Shown here in pieces: positions 25,564-39,300 of a DNA stretch of 64,000 nt (position 1 is the stretch's first letter; each line of letters opens with the position of its first letter). The notes beneath the pieces are model-generated. The model was not told where the DNA came from, searched no databases, and was given only the letters and a program-made list of their open reading frames with translations. Source of the DNA: the human T2T-CHM13v2.0 reference genome, Homo sapiens; assembly GCF_009914755.1 (NCBI RefSeq), contig NC_060937.1. One strand, given 5' to 3'. The position numbers and the translations under genes are program-made.

Positions 25564-25949
25564 AAGAATCATTTCATTTATGACCATCTGTAAGAGAATG
25601 AAATGTACTTGCTGCCTTTCCCTTTCCTAGTTCCCTCAGTTTCAGTAACAGGTGTTGACCAAGTATTACATATGATTGACAGAAAGCAAATTATTTCTGA
25701 AACCTGAGGACTAAGGATTTCTAAAATATATAAATATATACTGGTATGCACATATGTATATTCACTTTTAGTTGGTTAGTTAGTTTGGTTAGTTAATTTG
25801 TTAGTTATATAGGTGGCAGGAATGTCTTGTAGAAAATTGCCATTCTTTTCCAAGGCATCTCCCTAAGACAAGGTCATTATAAGCTGTTTAGATAAGCCCC
25901 CATCAGGTAAGGGAGAAGGTTTTCTTCCATTATTGGCTGCCAGTTTGAG

Positions 25950-26700
25950 GACTGATTATTCTCATCATTATGGGTTACATTTTCCTGCCTTTTTGAGTGC
26001 CTGACAATCCTTGATTGAAAACAAGACACTGTAAATTTTACCTTGTCGGCTTGTGGATATTTTCATATTCTTATAAATCTTGATCTTTCTCCTGGAATGT
26101 AGTTAGTTTTTTGGAAAGAATTTCATCTATGTGAGTGTTGCTTTAATGACTTCTTATGTGGGTCTGGAGCAGTGCTCTATCTCGAGTTAATTACTCCCCA
26201 GTACTGAACCCAAGTCCTATGAATCATGAGTATTTTTTGTCTGACCAGTGGAAACAGGCACTGTGCCAGCACTGGGCATTACTTCTTTTAATCATTTTAG
26301 ATGGTTCTATTCCTGGCTTCAAGCAGTTTCCTCCTATGCATGTACTGATTAGAACATTGTGGAGCTCTTTCTTCTTTAGAACTCTGTCCTTTGAAATCTA
26401 ACTCTCTTGGTCTCCCTGTCTCCTCAATCCAGGGAGTCTGCTGAGCTCCCACTCAACTCTCCTGTTCTGCATGAATCCTGAATGCTTTCTCAAGGCACTG
26501 AGCTGGAGCAATTAGAGGTCTTCCTTTGCCATTTTCCAGGGATTACTGTCCTTCAGTAGACGTCTAATGTCTTGAAAGCCATTGTTTTATATATTTTGTG
26601 GGTGGTTTTGTTGTTGTTGTTTTGTGAGTGTTCTCCCAAGAAGATGAGTAAGTCTCTTTCATGTTACCCCATTTTTTGTGGTAATGAAAGTTCTCATGGA
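25950..26700 (-). mobile_element. Old L1M 5'-region fragment
   Basis: atgggttacattttcctgcctttttg...gacactgtaaattttaccttg...tcttgaaagccattgttttatatattttg. Confidence 0.6.
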
Positions 26701-27516
26701 AATAATTTTTAATTTCTAAAAGCTCAGCCTACTTATAAAGAGTGGATTAATATGCTAGAAGAGAGGAAGCAGATCAGTTTGAAGCCTATTCTAGAAGAAA
26801 AGGAAAAAGCTGATGCTAAACAGAACTAGATAGTTGGCTGAGTAAATAGAGTCAGATATAACACACACTTTAAAGGTAGATCATTGCAAAAACCATGCAA
26901 AGTAATTTTAATCTATTACATGGTCTATTACTTATAGAAGTTATTATAAATATGATTTTATTAACACACATAGGCCAAGCTTTATATACTAAAACTAGTA
27001 GTGAGATCTAATAAATAAAGGATGGAACAAAAGACTTTTTCATTAAATAGTAAGATTCAGCATTATTAAGTGTATTTATTATAAAGGAATATTTGTCCTG
27101 TTTTTGGAGATATGTGGAAAAATAAGAAAAAATGTAACTTTAAAATTTGTCTTAGAATCTTTTAAGCAAATATACCAAATTCAGAAACATACTTAAATGA
27201 GTTATAATCCAGGTAATTATTATCAAATAATAATGTATGCATTTGTAATTATGCTGGCATCCCAGTTAGTTTAGTAGATTTAATTTTCATGATTCTTTTT
27301 TACCTCAAGAGAGAACTTCACTTAGATTTAGACCATGATGCGCATGACACTAATTTATTTGATTGCATGGCTCGCCAGGTAATACCACAAATAATAGATG
27401 GAATATGTGAAAAAGTTTACAATTTGGCAATATATAGAGTATGTACAATATTTTATATCAATCCAAGAAAAGTAATTTCAATATAACTGAAAAAATCCTA
27501 GATATAAGAAACAAAA

Positions 27517-27535
27517 GATAGATAGATAGATAGAT
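27517..27535. repeat. (GATA)4-5 tetranucleotide
   Basis: gatagatagatagatagat. Confidence 0.85.
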
Positions 27536-29078
27536 TTACAGATAAAAGAATGTGTACTTTTCTAATAAATATGTTATAAGTATACAATTGTCCTTTGATA
27601 TTACTTATTTATAACTTAACAACTGATTTTTAACATACTTATATAACCTTTTTAAAAATAACTTATTCAAAAAAATTTTCTGGGCTTCTCATAACTCAAG
27701 CTGAGCAATACAAATTCTATCACTTCTTCTATTTTCTGCTACAAGTTCTTTTCCAAGAGTTCTTTGCCTTCTTTAGATGTTTTTACGCAAATATTATCTT
27801 TGCCTTATAGTTATTCCATGTCCCACTTATCTTTTCCCAAAGAAGTTACAGGGTCACACTACTATAAACATTTCCTTGAGTTCTTATCTTATTTTGAAAA
27901 AAACATGTAATAGTAGATTATTTATTATGATTGTTTTCTGTAATTATTGGACCTATCAATATATTGGTGAATAAAAATACATGTATATATTTTAAATTAA
28001 AACATAATATTTAAAAACAATTATTTTTAATCCTTGCTTTAACCTACTCATTTTCATTAACTAAACAATGAATGATCCCAATCTTATTTTAGAAGTGAAT
28101 TTCCACCGAGAAAAAAATGAAATATAAAATAAAAATTTAATGTACACCTGATACAGAGTAGGAATATTAATAATTATTTTCAATATGATGTACTCAATTA
28201 TCAATGACATATATATGGCACCCAGAACTCACTGCCTCTTTCACTTCTACTTCCACTAATGTCTTTGGATATTAAGAAGTAAATTACTTAAATATTCCTT
28301 GATTATTGAAAATGATAAATTGAAAGTTTAATATATACTTCGTAATGTACATGTCCTGTCTGCTAGTGATAATTTATAATAATTATCTCTGATTCTGAAA
28401 TAATGATATTAAATATTCTCCCTTTTAAATTGAATTAACATGAATAGAATTTAGATTCTGTAGGAAAAAAGTCCCTATAAAAATCAATATGCATAAAGTT
28501 TATATGTCTTCATAGTGTATATATCAGATCTTTCATTGAACCTCAGCCATTAACTTGGCTCATGCACATTTGTTCTGCACAAATATGTACATTTCACCTT
28601 TGCAATATGAAGGGCCACTAGTTCTACTGAAATGTATATGACAAGCCATTTCCATCAATATTATTTTCTGCATCATCCACAACTTCTGAATATTCTGCTA
28701 AGAACTGACAAGGTGAACATTTGTGTATATGATCTGAATTTAGAACCAGATGCCATTTTAACATGTAAACAATAGTATTTACAAGGCTACTAATGACTTT
28801 ATTTTACTAAAATGTAACTAACTATTCTCTCCATTGAAGAAACACTGTGTTTAATTTGAACTTTTCCAAGTTTTGTGCTGCATTTTGTAAGTGCGTATCA
28901 CTGACAGCAGCACTGTTCATGGTACTCAAATTGTTGATAAATACACCTAAATGAAATCCCATTAGTAGCTGTCATATTCATGGTTACTAAAACTACACAT
29001 TCCAGTATCTGATTATCTCATTCTGTCTTTTTTTGTAGTAATTCATGATCATTTATATATCAAAATACATTTTTTACC

Positions 29079-29235
29079 TGGTGGCATGTGCCTGTAGTCC
29101 CAACTACAAAGAAAGGTGAGGTGGGAGGATCACTTAAGCCTGCGAGGCAGAGGTTGCAGTGAGCTGATATCACACCACTGCACTCCAGCATGGGCACCAG
29201 AGTAAGACCCTATCTCCAAAAAATAAATAAATAAA
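29079..29235 (+). mobile_element. FRAM / AluJ right arm
   Basis: ggtggcatgtgcctgtagtccca...gggaggatcactt...cactgcactccagc...gaccctatctc plus tail. Confidence 0.85.
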
Positions 29236-29464
29236 TTGTTTTTCTTTTATTTCTTCTTTATACCATGGTTAGGATACTATATTAACATTTTAAACTGTAT
29301 TTATAGGCAGGTTATACTGCTGTATTATGAATTGTATTTCAGAACAATAAGGGGTATTGCAACATGTTTTCTATGAATATAGGGTGTTGTTACCAATCAG
29401 TTACAAACCATTGCACTAGGTGATCTTATGCAATCTTATATCTTTTTACACTGTCCATATTCTC

Positions 29465-29660
29465 AGTGTCCAAATATTGTAGCTGCTAACCACCTATGCC
29501 TATTTAAATGTCAATTAATTATTTAATGCAAAGTTAAAATTAACTTCCTCAGTTGTAGTGCTCACTTTCAAGTGATCAATAGCCACATATGCCTATTAAG
29601 TACCATACTGAAAAACGCAGAGTAGAACATTGCCACCATCACATATCATTGTATTAATAA
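29465..29660. mobile_element. MER3-like hAT-Charlie element
   Basis: ttcctcagttg...tttcaagtgatcaatagccacat...tagaacattgccaccatcaca. Confidence 0.7.
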
Positions 29661-32600
29661 ATAATTGTATTAATGCTTAATTTTACACAAATATTTTTTC
29701 AACCAGACATCCTTCTCTGCATTCTAACTAATATATCTATTGGCCTATTTTATTATATATATATATTTTTTTTTCATTTCAACTTTTATTTTAGATTTAA
29801 GGGTAGCATGTTCAGGTTTATTACATGGGTTTACAGTGTGATGTTGAGGTTTGGGATGAGTGATCCCATCATAGCAATGAGAATAGTACCCAATTGGTAG
29901 TTTTTCAGGCCCTGAGCCTCTTCTCTCTCCCCTTTCTAGTACTCACTGGTGTTTATTATTACCATCTTTATTTCCAAGTGTACCCTATATTTAGCTTTCA
30001 CTTGTAAGCAAGAACATGCAGTGTTTGGTTTTCTATTCCTACATTAATTCATTTAGGGTGGTGGCCTCTAGCTGCATCCACATTGCTGCAAAGGACATGA
30101 TCTCATTTTGGTATGGCTGTGTAGTATTCCATGGTGACTATGAGTGACATTTTCTTTATTCAGTCCACTGTCGATGGGTACCTAGGTGATTCCATGTTGT
30201 TGCTATTGTGAACCGTGCTGTGATGAACCTGCAAGTGCGTGTGTCTTTTTGGTAGAATAGCTTATTTTCCTTTGGGTATATAACCAGTAATGGAATTGCT
30301 GGGTTGAATGGTAGTTCTGTTTTAAATTCTTTGAGAATTCTCCAAATTGCTTTCCATAGTGGCTGAACTAATTTACATTCCCATGAACAGTGTATAAGTG
30401 TTTCCTTTACTCTGGAGCCTTACCAGCATCTGTTATTTTTTAATTTTTTTGATAATAGCCCTTCTGACAGGTGTGAGATGGTATCTCACTGTGGTTTAGA
30501 TTTTCATATTTCTGATTATTAGTGATGCTAAGCATTTTTTTCATATATTTGTTGGCAACTTGTATGTCTTCTTTTGATAATTGTTGGTTCATGTCTTTTG
30601 CCCACTTTTTAATGGGGTTATTTGTTTTTTGGTTATTGAATTGTTAAAGTTCCTTATAGATTCTGAATATTAAACTTTTGTTGGATGAATAATTTGCAAA
30701 TATTTCCTTCTGTTGCTTAGGTTGTCTACTTACTCTGTTGATTGTTTTGCTGTGCAGCAGCTCTTTAGTTTAATTAAGTCCCATGGGTCAATTTTTGTCT
30801 TTGTTGCAATTGGTTTTGAGGAGTTAGCCATAATTTATTTTGTCAAAGCTGATGTTGAGAAGGGTATTTTCTATATTTTTCTTATAAGATTTATATGGTT
30901 TGAGGACTTACATTTAAATCTTTAATCCATCTTGAGTTAATCTTTGTATATGATAAAGGGTAGGAGTCTAATTTCATTCTTCTGCATATGGCTAACCAGT
31001 TATCCCAGAACCATTTATTGAATAGGGAGTCGTTTCCCCAATGTTTACTTACGTCCACTTTGTTAAAAACTGGATGGTTGTGGGTCTGCAACTTTATTTC
31101 TGGGTTCTCTATTCTGTTCCATTGGTCTCTGTGTCTGTTTTTATATCAGAACCATGCTTTTTTGGTTACTGTGTAGCCTTATAGTATAGTTTGAGCTCAG
31201 GTGATGTGATCCTTCCTACTTTGTTCTTTTGGCCTATAATTTCTTTGGCTATTTGGATTCTTTTTTGGCTCCATATGGATGTTAGGATAGTTTTATTCTT
31301 TAAAAAATGACATTGGTACTTTGATAGGAATAGCACTGAATCTGTAGACTGCTTTGGGCCATATGGCCATTTTAATGAGAAGGTTTCTTCTGATCCATGA
31401 ACTTGGAATGTTTTTACATTTGTCTGTGTCATCTATAATTTTTTTCATCAGTGCTTTTTATTTTTCCTTGCAGATATTCTACCTCCTTGGTTAGATATAT
31501 TCCTAGGTATTTTATTATTTTGTGGCTATTGTAAATGGGATAGCATTCTTGATTTGAATATCAGCTTGAACACTGTTGGTCTATAGAAATGCCACTGATT
31601 TTTGCACACAGATTTTTGTGTCTAGAAACTTTACTAAACTGGTTGATCAGTTTTAGGAGCCTTTCAGCAGAATCCCTTGAATTTTCTAGGTATAGAATTA
31701 TATCACCAGCAAAGAGAGATAATTTGACTTCTTCTTTTTCTATTTGGATGCCTTTTATCTCTTTCTCTTGCCTGATTGCTCTTGGTAAATTTTCCAACAA
31801 TATGTTGAATAGGAGTGGTAAGAGTAGGCATCCTTTTCTTATTCTTGTTCTTAAGGGAAATGCTACCAGCTTTTGCCTGTTCAGTATGACGGTGGCTGTG
31901 GGTTTGTCATAGATTGCTCTTATTATTTTAAGGTATGTTCTTTCACTGCCTAGTTTCTTGAGGGTTTTTATAATTCAGGGATATTGAATGTTATAGAAAG
32001 CTTTTTGTCTTGCTGTTGAGATGATCATATGTTTTTTGTTTTTAATTCTGTTTATGTGGTGAATCACATTTATTGATTTGCGTATATTGAACCAACATTT
32101 CGTTTCAGGAATAAAGCCTACTTCAGTGTGGTTAGTTTTTTATGTGCTACTGGATTCATTTTCCTAGTGTTATGTTGTGGATTTTTGTATCTATGTTTAT
32201 CTATGAGTTATGCTACTGTTATGCTGAGGATTTTTGCATCTATGTTTATATTAGCCTGTAGCTTTCTTTTTTGTTGTTGTGTTTATCAGGTTTGGGTATT
32301 AGGGTGATGCTGCCTTAGTAGAATGCATTGGGGAATGAAAGTTCTCTATTTTTTGGAATACTTTTGGTGGGATTCATACAAGCTCTGTATACATCTTGCA
32401 GAATTCAGCTGTGAATCCATCAGATCCAGGGCCCTTTTTGGTTGGTAAGTATCATTATTACTGATTTAATTTCAAAACTTGATCTGTTCAGCATTTTAAT
32501 TTCTTATTTATTAAATATTGGGAGGTTGTATGTTTCCAGGATGTTACTCATTTCCTCTATATTTTCTACTTTGTGTGCATAGGTGTTATAATAGTCTTGA

Positions 32601-34357
32601 GAATCTTTTGTATTTCTGTGGGATTTGTTGTGTTATCACATTTTGTCATTTCCAGTTGTGGTTATTTGGATCTTCTCTCTCTCTCTGTTAATCTAGCTAG
32701 CAGTCTACTGATCTTCTATATCTTTTTAAATAGCCAACTTTTTATCTTATTGATTCTTTGTATGGATTTTTGGGTCCCACTTTTATGTGGTTGTATCCTG
32801 ATTGTATTTATTGTTTTCCTGCTAGATTTAGGTTTAGTTTGCTCTTGTTTTCTTAGTTCCTCTAGGTGTAATGTTAGATTGTTAATTTGAGATCTTTCTA
32901 ACCTCTTGAGGTAGATAGGCATTTAGTGTTATGAACCTTCCTTTTAACACTGCTTTTGCTGCATCCCAGATATTTTCATATATTGTGCCTCTGTTTTTAT
33001 TTATTCCAAAGGATTTTTTTATTTCTCCCTTAATTTCATTGCTTACCCAAAAGTCATGCAGGAGCAAGCTGTTTAATTTCCATGTAATTGTGTGGTTTTG
33101 AGTGATCTTTTTGGTAATTTGTATTATTATTCCATTGTCTTCTGGAAGTATGATTAACTTGATTTCAAATTTTTTTCAATATTTTGAGATTTGCTTTATG
33201 GCTGAGTATGTGGTTGATCTTAGAGTATGTTCTGTGTGCAGATAAGACAAACGTATATTCTGTGGTTGTTGGGGGCAGTATTCTGTGGATGACTATGAGG
33301 GCTAATTGGTCAGGAGTTGAGTTTAAGTTCAGAATTTCTTTGTTGGTTTTCTTCCTCAATGACCTGTCTAATGCTGTTAGTAGGGTGCAGAAGTCCCTCA
33401 CTATTATTGCATGGCTATCTAACTCTTTTTGTAGGTCTGGAAGTACTTGTTTTATGAATACAGGTGCTCCAATGTTGGTTGCCTATATATTTAAGATAGT
33501 TAAGTCTTCTTGCTGAATTGAACCCTTTATCATGTCATGTCCTTCTTGGTCCTTTTTTTTACTGTTGTTGGTTTAAAGCCTGCTTTATCTGAAATAAGAA
33601 TTGGAATTTCTGTTCTTTTTTTGTTTTTCATTTGTGTGATGGATCTTTCTCCAACCATTTACTTTGAGCCTGTAGGTGTTGTGATATGTGAGATGGATCT
33701 GTTGAAGACAGCAGATGGATGGGTCTCGGTTTTTAATCCAACTTGCCACTCTGTGCCTTGTAGGGGGGCATTTAGGCCATTTACATTCGAGGTTACTACT
33801 GATATGTGAGGTTTTGATACTATCATGAAGTTTTCAGATGAATGCTTTGTAGTTTCTTTCATGTAGTTGCTTGCAGGTTCTGTAGACTATATACTTAAGT
33901 GTGTTTTTGGGTGACAGATATTGTTCTTTTGTTTTCGCGTTTATAACTCCCTTAAGGAGCTCTCGTAAGACTGATCTAGTGATAATGGATTGTCCTAGTG
34001 ATTGCTTGTCTGGAAAATATTTTATTTCTTCTCCACTTATGAAGCTTAATTTGGTGTACATGAAATTCTTTGAAATTTCTTTTACTTGAGAATGCTAAAA
34101 ATAGATCCCCAATGTCTTCTGGCTTGTAAGGTTTCTGCTGAGAATCCACTGTTAGCCTAACGGGGTGATCTCCTTGTATGTGATCTGACCTTTTTACTCT
34201 AGCTGCATTTGACAGTTTTTCTTTAGCACTGACCTCAGATAGTCTTGTGACTATATGTCTTGGTGATGTTTATTTTGTATATTATCTTGCAGGTGTTCTC
34301 CAGATTTCTTCTATGGATATCTATCTCTCTAGCAAAATTAGGGAAACTTTCTTGAAT

Positions 34358-34837
34358 TGCCAAGACCAGCTCGGTCATGGAGACCCTAATGCAGCGGCAC
34401 TAGAGGAATTTAAGACGCACACACAGAAATATCGAGTGTGGAGTCAGAATCAGGGGGCTGACAGCCTTCAGAGCTGAGAACCACGAACAGAGTTTTACCC
34501 ACATATTTATTGACAGCAAGTCAGTGATAAGCATTGTTTCTACAGATTATAGAATAACTAAAAGGAGAAACAAAGGGATGGGCTCTGGCTAGTTATCCGC
34601 AGGAATAACATGTCATTAAGGCACAAATCGCTCATGCTATTGTTTGTGGTTCAGTAACGCCTTAAGCGGTTTTGCGCCCTGGGTGGGCCAAGTGTTCCTT
34701 GCCCTCATTCCAGTAAACCAACAACCTTCAGCATAGGCATCATAGCCATCATGAGTATGTCACAGTGCGGCAGAGATTTTGTTTATGGCCAGTTTTGGGG
34801 CCTGTTTACGGCCAGATCTGGGGGCCTTTTCCCAACA
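34358..34837 (-). mobile_element. MER9 solo LTR (HERV-K9/HML-3) inserted in L1 ORF1
   Basis: Reverse complement starts tgttgggaaaaggcccccagatctggcc; intact TG...CA ends; perfect 6-bp TSD ttgaat (34352-34357, 34838-34843). Confidence 0.9.
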
Positions 34838-35899
34838 TTGAATTCTTCCCTCAAATATATTTTCCAGGTTAATTTTTTTCACCCTCTCTTAGGAATTCCA
34901 ATAGTTTGTAGATTTGATCACTTTACATAATCTCATATTCCTTGATGACTTTGTTCATTTTTCTTAATTCTTTTTTCATTATTTTTTCTTACTTGGTTAG
35001 TTCAAAAGGCTAGTCTTCAAGCTCTGAAATTCTTTCTTTGGTTTGGTATAATCTATTAATAAAACTTTCTATTATATTTTGAAATTCCTTAAGTGAATTT
35101 TTTTACTCCAGAAGCTCTGATTTCTTTTTAAGATGTTTGTCTATTCCTTTATTTCCTGAATTGATTTAAAAGTTTCATTGGGTTGATTTTCATCCTAGAC
35201 TTGGGTCTCATTGAGCTTTATTGAAATTCATGCTTTAAATTTTTTATCTGTCATTTCTGAATTTCCTTTTTTGTTAGGAGCTATTGCTGGATAGCTAGTG
35301 TGATCCTTCGCAGTGTTACACCATTCATATTTTTCATGGTACCAGAATTCCTGCACTGGTTAATTTTCTTTGGGAGACACTGGCACTTCTAATTTTGGTA
35401 CTAATTTTCATGTGAATCACATTTTATTGTTTCTCTTTCTCCTTTTCTTAGGGGATATGACTTTAAAGAATGTTGTGTAGCATCTTTTGGCTTTGCTTCT
35501 ATAGACCTATGCACTTCTGTTGGCATGTTTTATATTGGCCTGTGCATTTCGACCTACTAGTCATTAGATGGCACTTATGGGTAAGAGCTGATGGTGGCCA
35601 ATGTGGATGGGTATAGACTTGATCCTTATTAACTTGAAGAAGTTCTTTACTGCCTCAGGCAATGGGCTGATCCATAGAGTGCACAGTGGTCTGAGCTTCC
35701 TCCTCAGCCCTGGATTGAGGAACAAAAATGGGCAAGTGGACCACACAGAGCCACCTGTAAATACCCCAGTGGCAAAACAAGCACAAGTACTGAGGTGGTA
35801 TTTTGTGGGCAGCCATCAATTACCCAGACATGTGCCTAGGTGTGTATATGGGAAAAGTCCTTGGTCCCAATTCTCTCCACAGGGGGTAGGGAGTGGAAG

Positions 35900-36435
35900 A
35901 GCAGCCTGAACTTCTGCTACTCCAAGAGAGTGAGTACCCCAAGATGCCTGGAGATCTGCCTGGGCATGGAGCAGAGAGGCCACTTACCCCTGCCCTATGC
36001 CAAGATCTCTGCACAGGAATGGTGAGATGACTCAGTTTGCCAATCTGGGTGCACAGTTGTTCTGAATGCCCAGAGATCTGCCTGGGTATGGTGTGGAGAG
36101 GGCCCCACTGCACTATGATCTATGCACAACAAGGGAGGGGTGACACAGGTTATCAAGCTAGGCAAGCAGGTGCTCCAGATATCTAGAGATCTGCCTGAGT
36201 ATGGGGCAAAGTGAGCCCCCTTGCATCAGAATTTTTGCACAGGAAGGGTGAAGTAACTCAGGCTGATAATCCATGGGAGTGAGTGCTTCAAATGCCTGGA
36301 GATCTGCCTAGTTGTGGTGTGAAGAGGGCCTTGCTGTACCACAATTTATGAACCAGAAGAACAAAGTGGCTCAGGCTGCTGATCCAGGCAAGTGGGAGAT
36401 CTGAATGTCGGGAGATCTGCCTGCCTGCCTGCCTA
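35900..36435 (-). repeat. ~113-bp tandem monomer array in the L1 5'UTR
   Basis: gagatctgcct recurs at 35951, 36073, 36186, 36299, 36412. Confidence 0.9.
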
Positions 36436-36484
36436 CTTTAAATATCTCCCTGAATGACTAAAAGATCATTCCCACTCATGAGTT

Positions 36485-37380
36485 CTATTAGAGAAGGAAT
36501 TAATAATTAGAATATATAAGGAGATAAAAGAACTCAATAGGAAATATAAATTCAATTTTAAAAAATCAAAATATCTGAATATATATTGCTGAAAAGAAGA
36601 CATAAAGTGGAAAACAGATACATGAAAAATGCTCAACATCACTAATCATCAGAGAAATGAAAATCAAAACTACAATGATACTGTCACACTGGTATTTAAA
36701 GAAAATAAAAACCAAAATGATATATCTCACTCCAGTTAAAATTGCTTACATCAAAAACATAAGGAATAATAGATGTTGAAGAAGATGTGGAAAAGGGGAA
36801 ACTTTTTTTGCACTGTTGGTGGGAATGTAAATTAGTGCAGCAACTATGGAAAAAAATAGAGATTCCTTGGAAAACTAATAATGAAACTACCAACTGATTC
36901 AGCTAATCCACTACTGAGTATATATTTAAAAGAAAGGAGATCAATATGTCAAAGAGATATCTGCACTCTCATGTTTATTGCAGCATTATTCAGAATAGCC
37001 AAAATAGCCAAAATGTTCATCAGTAGATTAATGGAAAAAGAAAATTGAGTATATATACCCAATGAAATACGATTCAGCCATAAAAAGAATAAAATCTGTC
37101 ATTTGAAGGAACATGGATAGAACTGAAGGTGATTATGTTAAATGAAATAAACCAAGTATAGTGTTCCATAGATCAGTAGGGTAAGTATAGTTAACATTAA
37201 TCAATTGTATATTTCAAAGTAGCTAAAAGAGAATAATTCAAATGTTCCTAGGATAAACAAAAGATAAATATTTAAGGTAATGGATATCCCAATTACCCTG
37301 CTTTGATTATATGAATGTATCAAATTACCATATGTAACATGAAAATATGTACAACTATTGTTTATCAATAAAAAATTAAT
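36485..37380 (+). mobile_element. L1MA1-3-like 3' end with an internal deletion
   Basis: atgaaaaatgctcaacatcactaatcatcagagaaatg...gatcagtaggg...ggatatcccaattaccctg; candidate TSD tgactaaaagatcattc (36455) / tgactaaaaggtcagtc (37382). Confidence 0.85.
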
Positions 37381-37499
37381 TTGACTAAAAGGTCAGTCAT
37401 TACGAATAAAATTCAAGGTAAATTGGAATAAAAATAAACTATAATGAAGTATTAAAATAATTTCTGTTAAAACCAAGATCTGGACAGAATTTTTCTTTA

Positions 37500-39300
37500 T
37501 CACTATCATCACTTGTTTACTCAAATGTTCTTGTAAATACAATGAAATTGTGTAAAATGGCATAATCACCAAAAAGAGGAAACATGTTTTGTTTTGTTGC
37601 TAATGTTTGTTTAGTTAAATAACAACTGAAATTAAAATTGAAGTATGGTAACTTGATTTTATATTTATTTTGTACTCTAATAAATGATTTTCCCCATTTT
37701 AGTAATAAATTCTTAAAGAAAGGAAATAATATATGTCACACAACAGTAATATATTTTAAACTTAGAACATTTTGCTAGAAAAAATGCCACTTATATAAAA
37801 TCTAGTTGAAGAATGTAAAATTATATCTGAACTATCTGAACTATGTGAATGAAATCCATCTACTTATATACAAAACTGTATTATTAAAATTTTTAATTAT
37901 TATAAAAATAAAATATTCACTTAAACAATTTTAATTAGAATACCATCATAGTTGTTATTGGTTTTAATTGGATAAAATTATTTTAATGTTTTTATAAAAG
38001 ATAAAATGTCCCTAGGATAGTCAGATAAAATTAGTGGCAGATGTTTTTGTTTTAAGGTGTTAGAAAACATATTAAATCTATTAATTGTATTGGCTGAGGT
38101 ATCAAAAAAAAAAAAAAAGGAACAGGAGAAGGAATCTGAAAAGAGACCTCAATATATATTTTAATTTAATATGTGGCAAAGATGATTTGAAGTCAGTTAG
38201 GAAAGGTTATAGTCTTAATAACAAGTGAAAGTACAAATTTACATTCACTGAAAAAAATTAAAATTATATAAATAATTTCATCATAGGTGAAAATGTTACA
38301 TATATATTAGATGATTAAATGTGAAAAAATATAATAAGAAAACTACATGAATGGCAAAGGTGTTGGCGAGAACTTCTTAACCAAGACAAAAAAATCAGAA
38401 GCTAAAAAAAGAAAAGACAGTCATATTTTATTAAGAAAATGTGAACATGGAAAAAAAAATGAACAGAATACATGGGTAGATAATAAATTATAAAAAATAT
38501 TTGCAATGCTAAAGATAGAGTTATTACCTGTAATTTATAATAGTACTTGATAAATGACAAGAAGAGTGCTAAATGTTAGAAAATGTGCAAATTACTTGAA
38601 GAGGCAATTAATAGAAGAACAAATTCTAATGAAAAGATGCTCAAACTCATTAGTTTTCAGGGTAATGCAAAGAAAAGGAACAATGAGCTAGATCACATTT
38701 TAGGAACCAGATGTCAAAATTGAAAAATTCTTTTAACATCTTTCTGCTAGAAAATTATGTTCAAGAGTACTGTAATATATTGTCCATGCACATATAAATT
38801 GTTACAGCCTGTTAGCAAAGTATTTGGGAAATATATACAGATATATAAATTTGTGTTGTTCAACCCATCAACCTCATTGATATGAAAGCATCAATCTATA
38901 AGGACTGGGGACAATTATATTAATATTGTTTAGAGTTGCAAAGAATCATGAAATGAAATGGATTTCTACTTGTAAGAGAATAATTGTGTAAATTGTGATA
39001 TTATGGTATATCCACACTTTATCTTATTATGCATGCATTAAAACAGTGAATTGGAGATGTACTAAGTCATTTGATATAACAAGATAAATTATAATTGAAT
39101 TAAAAATGAAGACAAATATGTTGACATAAATTTTCAGCTTCACACAATTATAAAATCCCTTTATATACAAATTTAATAAAAAGAAAACAAATTACATATA
39201 AATATAATATTTGTGTTTACATATGTACAAAATTATACAACTTAGAGAAAGATATGGAAGAAAAGATGCCTACATGGGTTGTCCAGCATGTCTTTGTGTG
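37500..39300 (+). mobile_element. Highly diverged L1ME-type ORF2/3'UTR
   Basis: A-rich with L1 motifs such as atgaaaagatgctcaaactcattag and aaaaatatttgcaat. Confidence 0.6.

Larger units (their letters stand above)
29766..36435 (-). mobile_element. Near-full-length L1PA15/16-like element; ORF1 and ORF2 disrupted
   Basis: Poly-T and 3'UTR at the left; ORF2 remnants in the track (33659-33862 endonuclease start SKPHISVVTSNVNGLN; 31561-31800 [16 protein letters not shown]); ORF1 C-terminal remnant 33834-34061; 5'UTR at the right. Confidence 0.93.

Noticed and set aside
16633-25682. Two PBX-MEIS/PKNOX decamers TGATTGACAG (16633, 25673)
   Set aside because: 9 kb apart, at least one likely within an old repeat; two hits noticed post hoc are weak evidence
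35951-36422. Regularly spaced gagatctgcct repeats resembling a CRISPR array
   Set aside because: The intervening sequences are homologous to each other (tandem monomers), the context is a primate L1, and there are no cas genes
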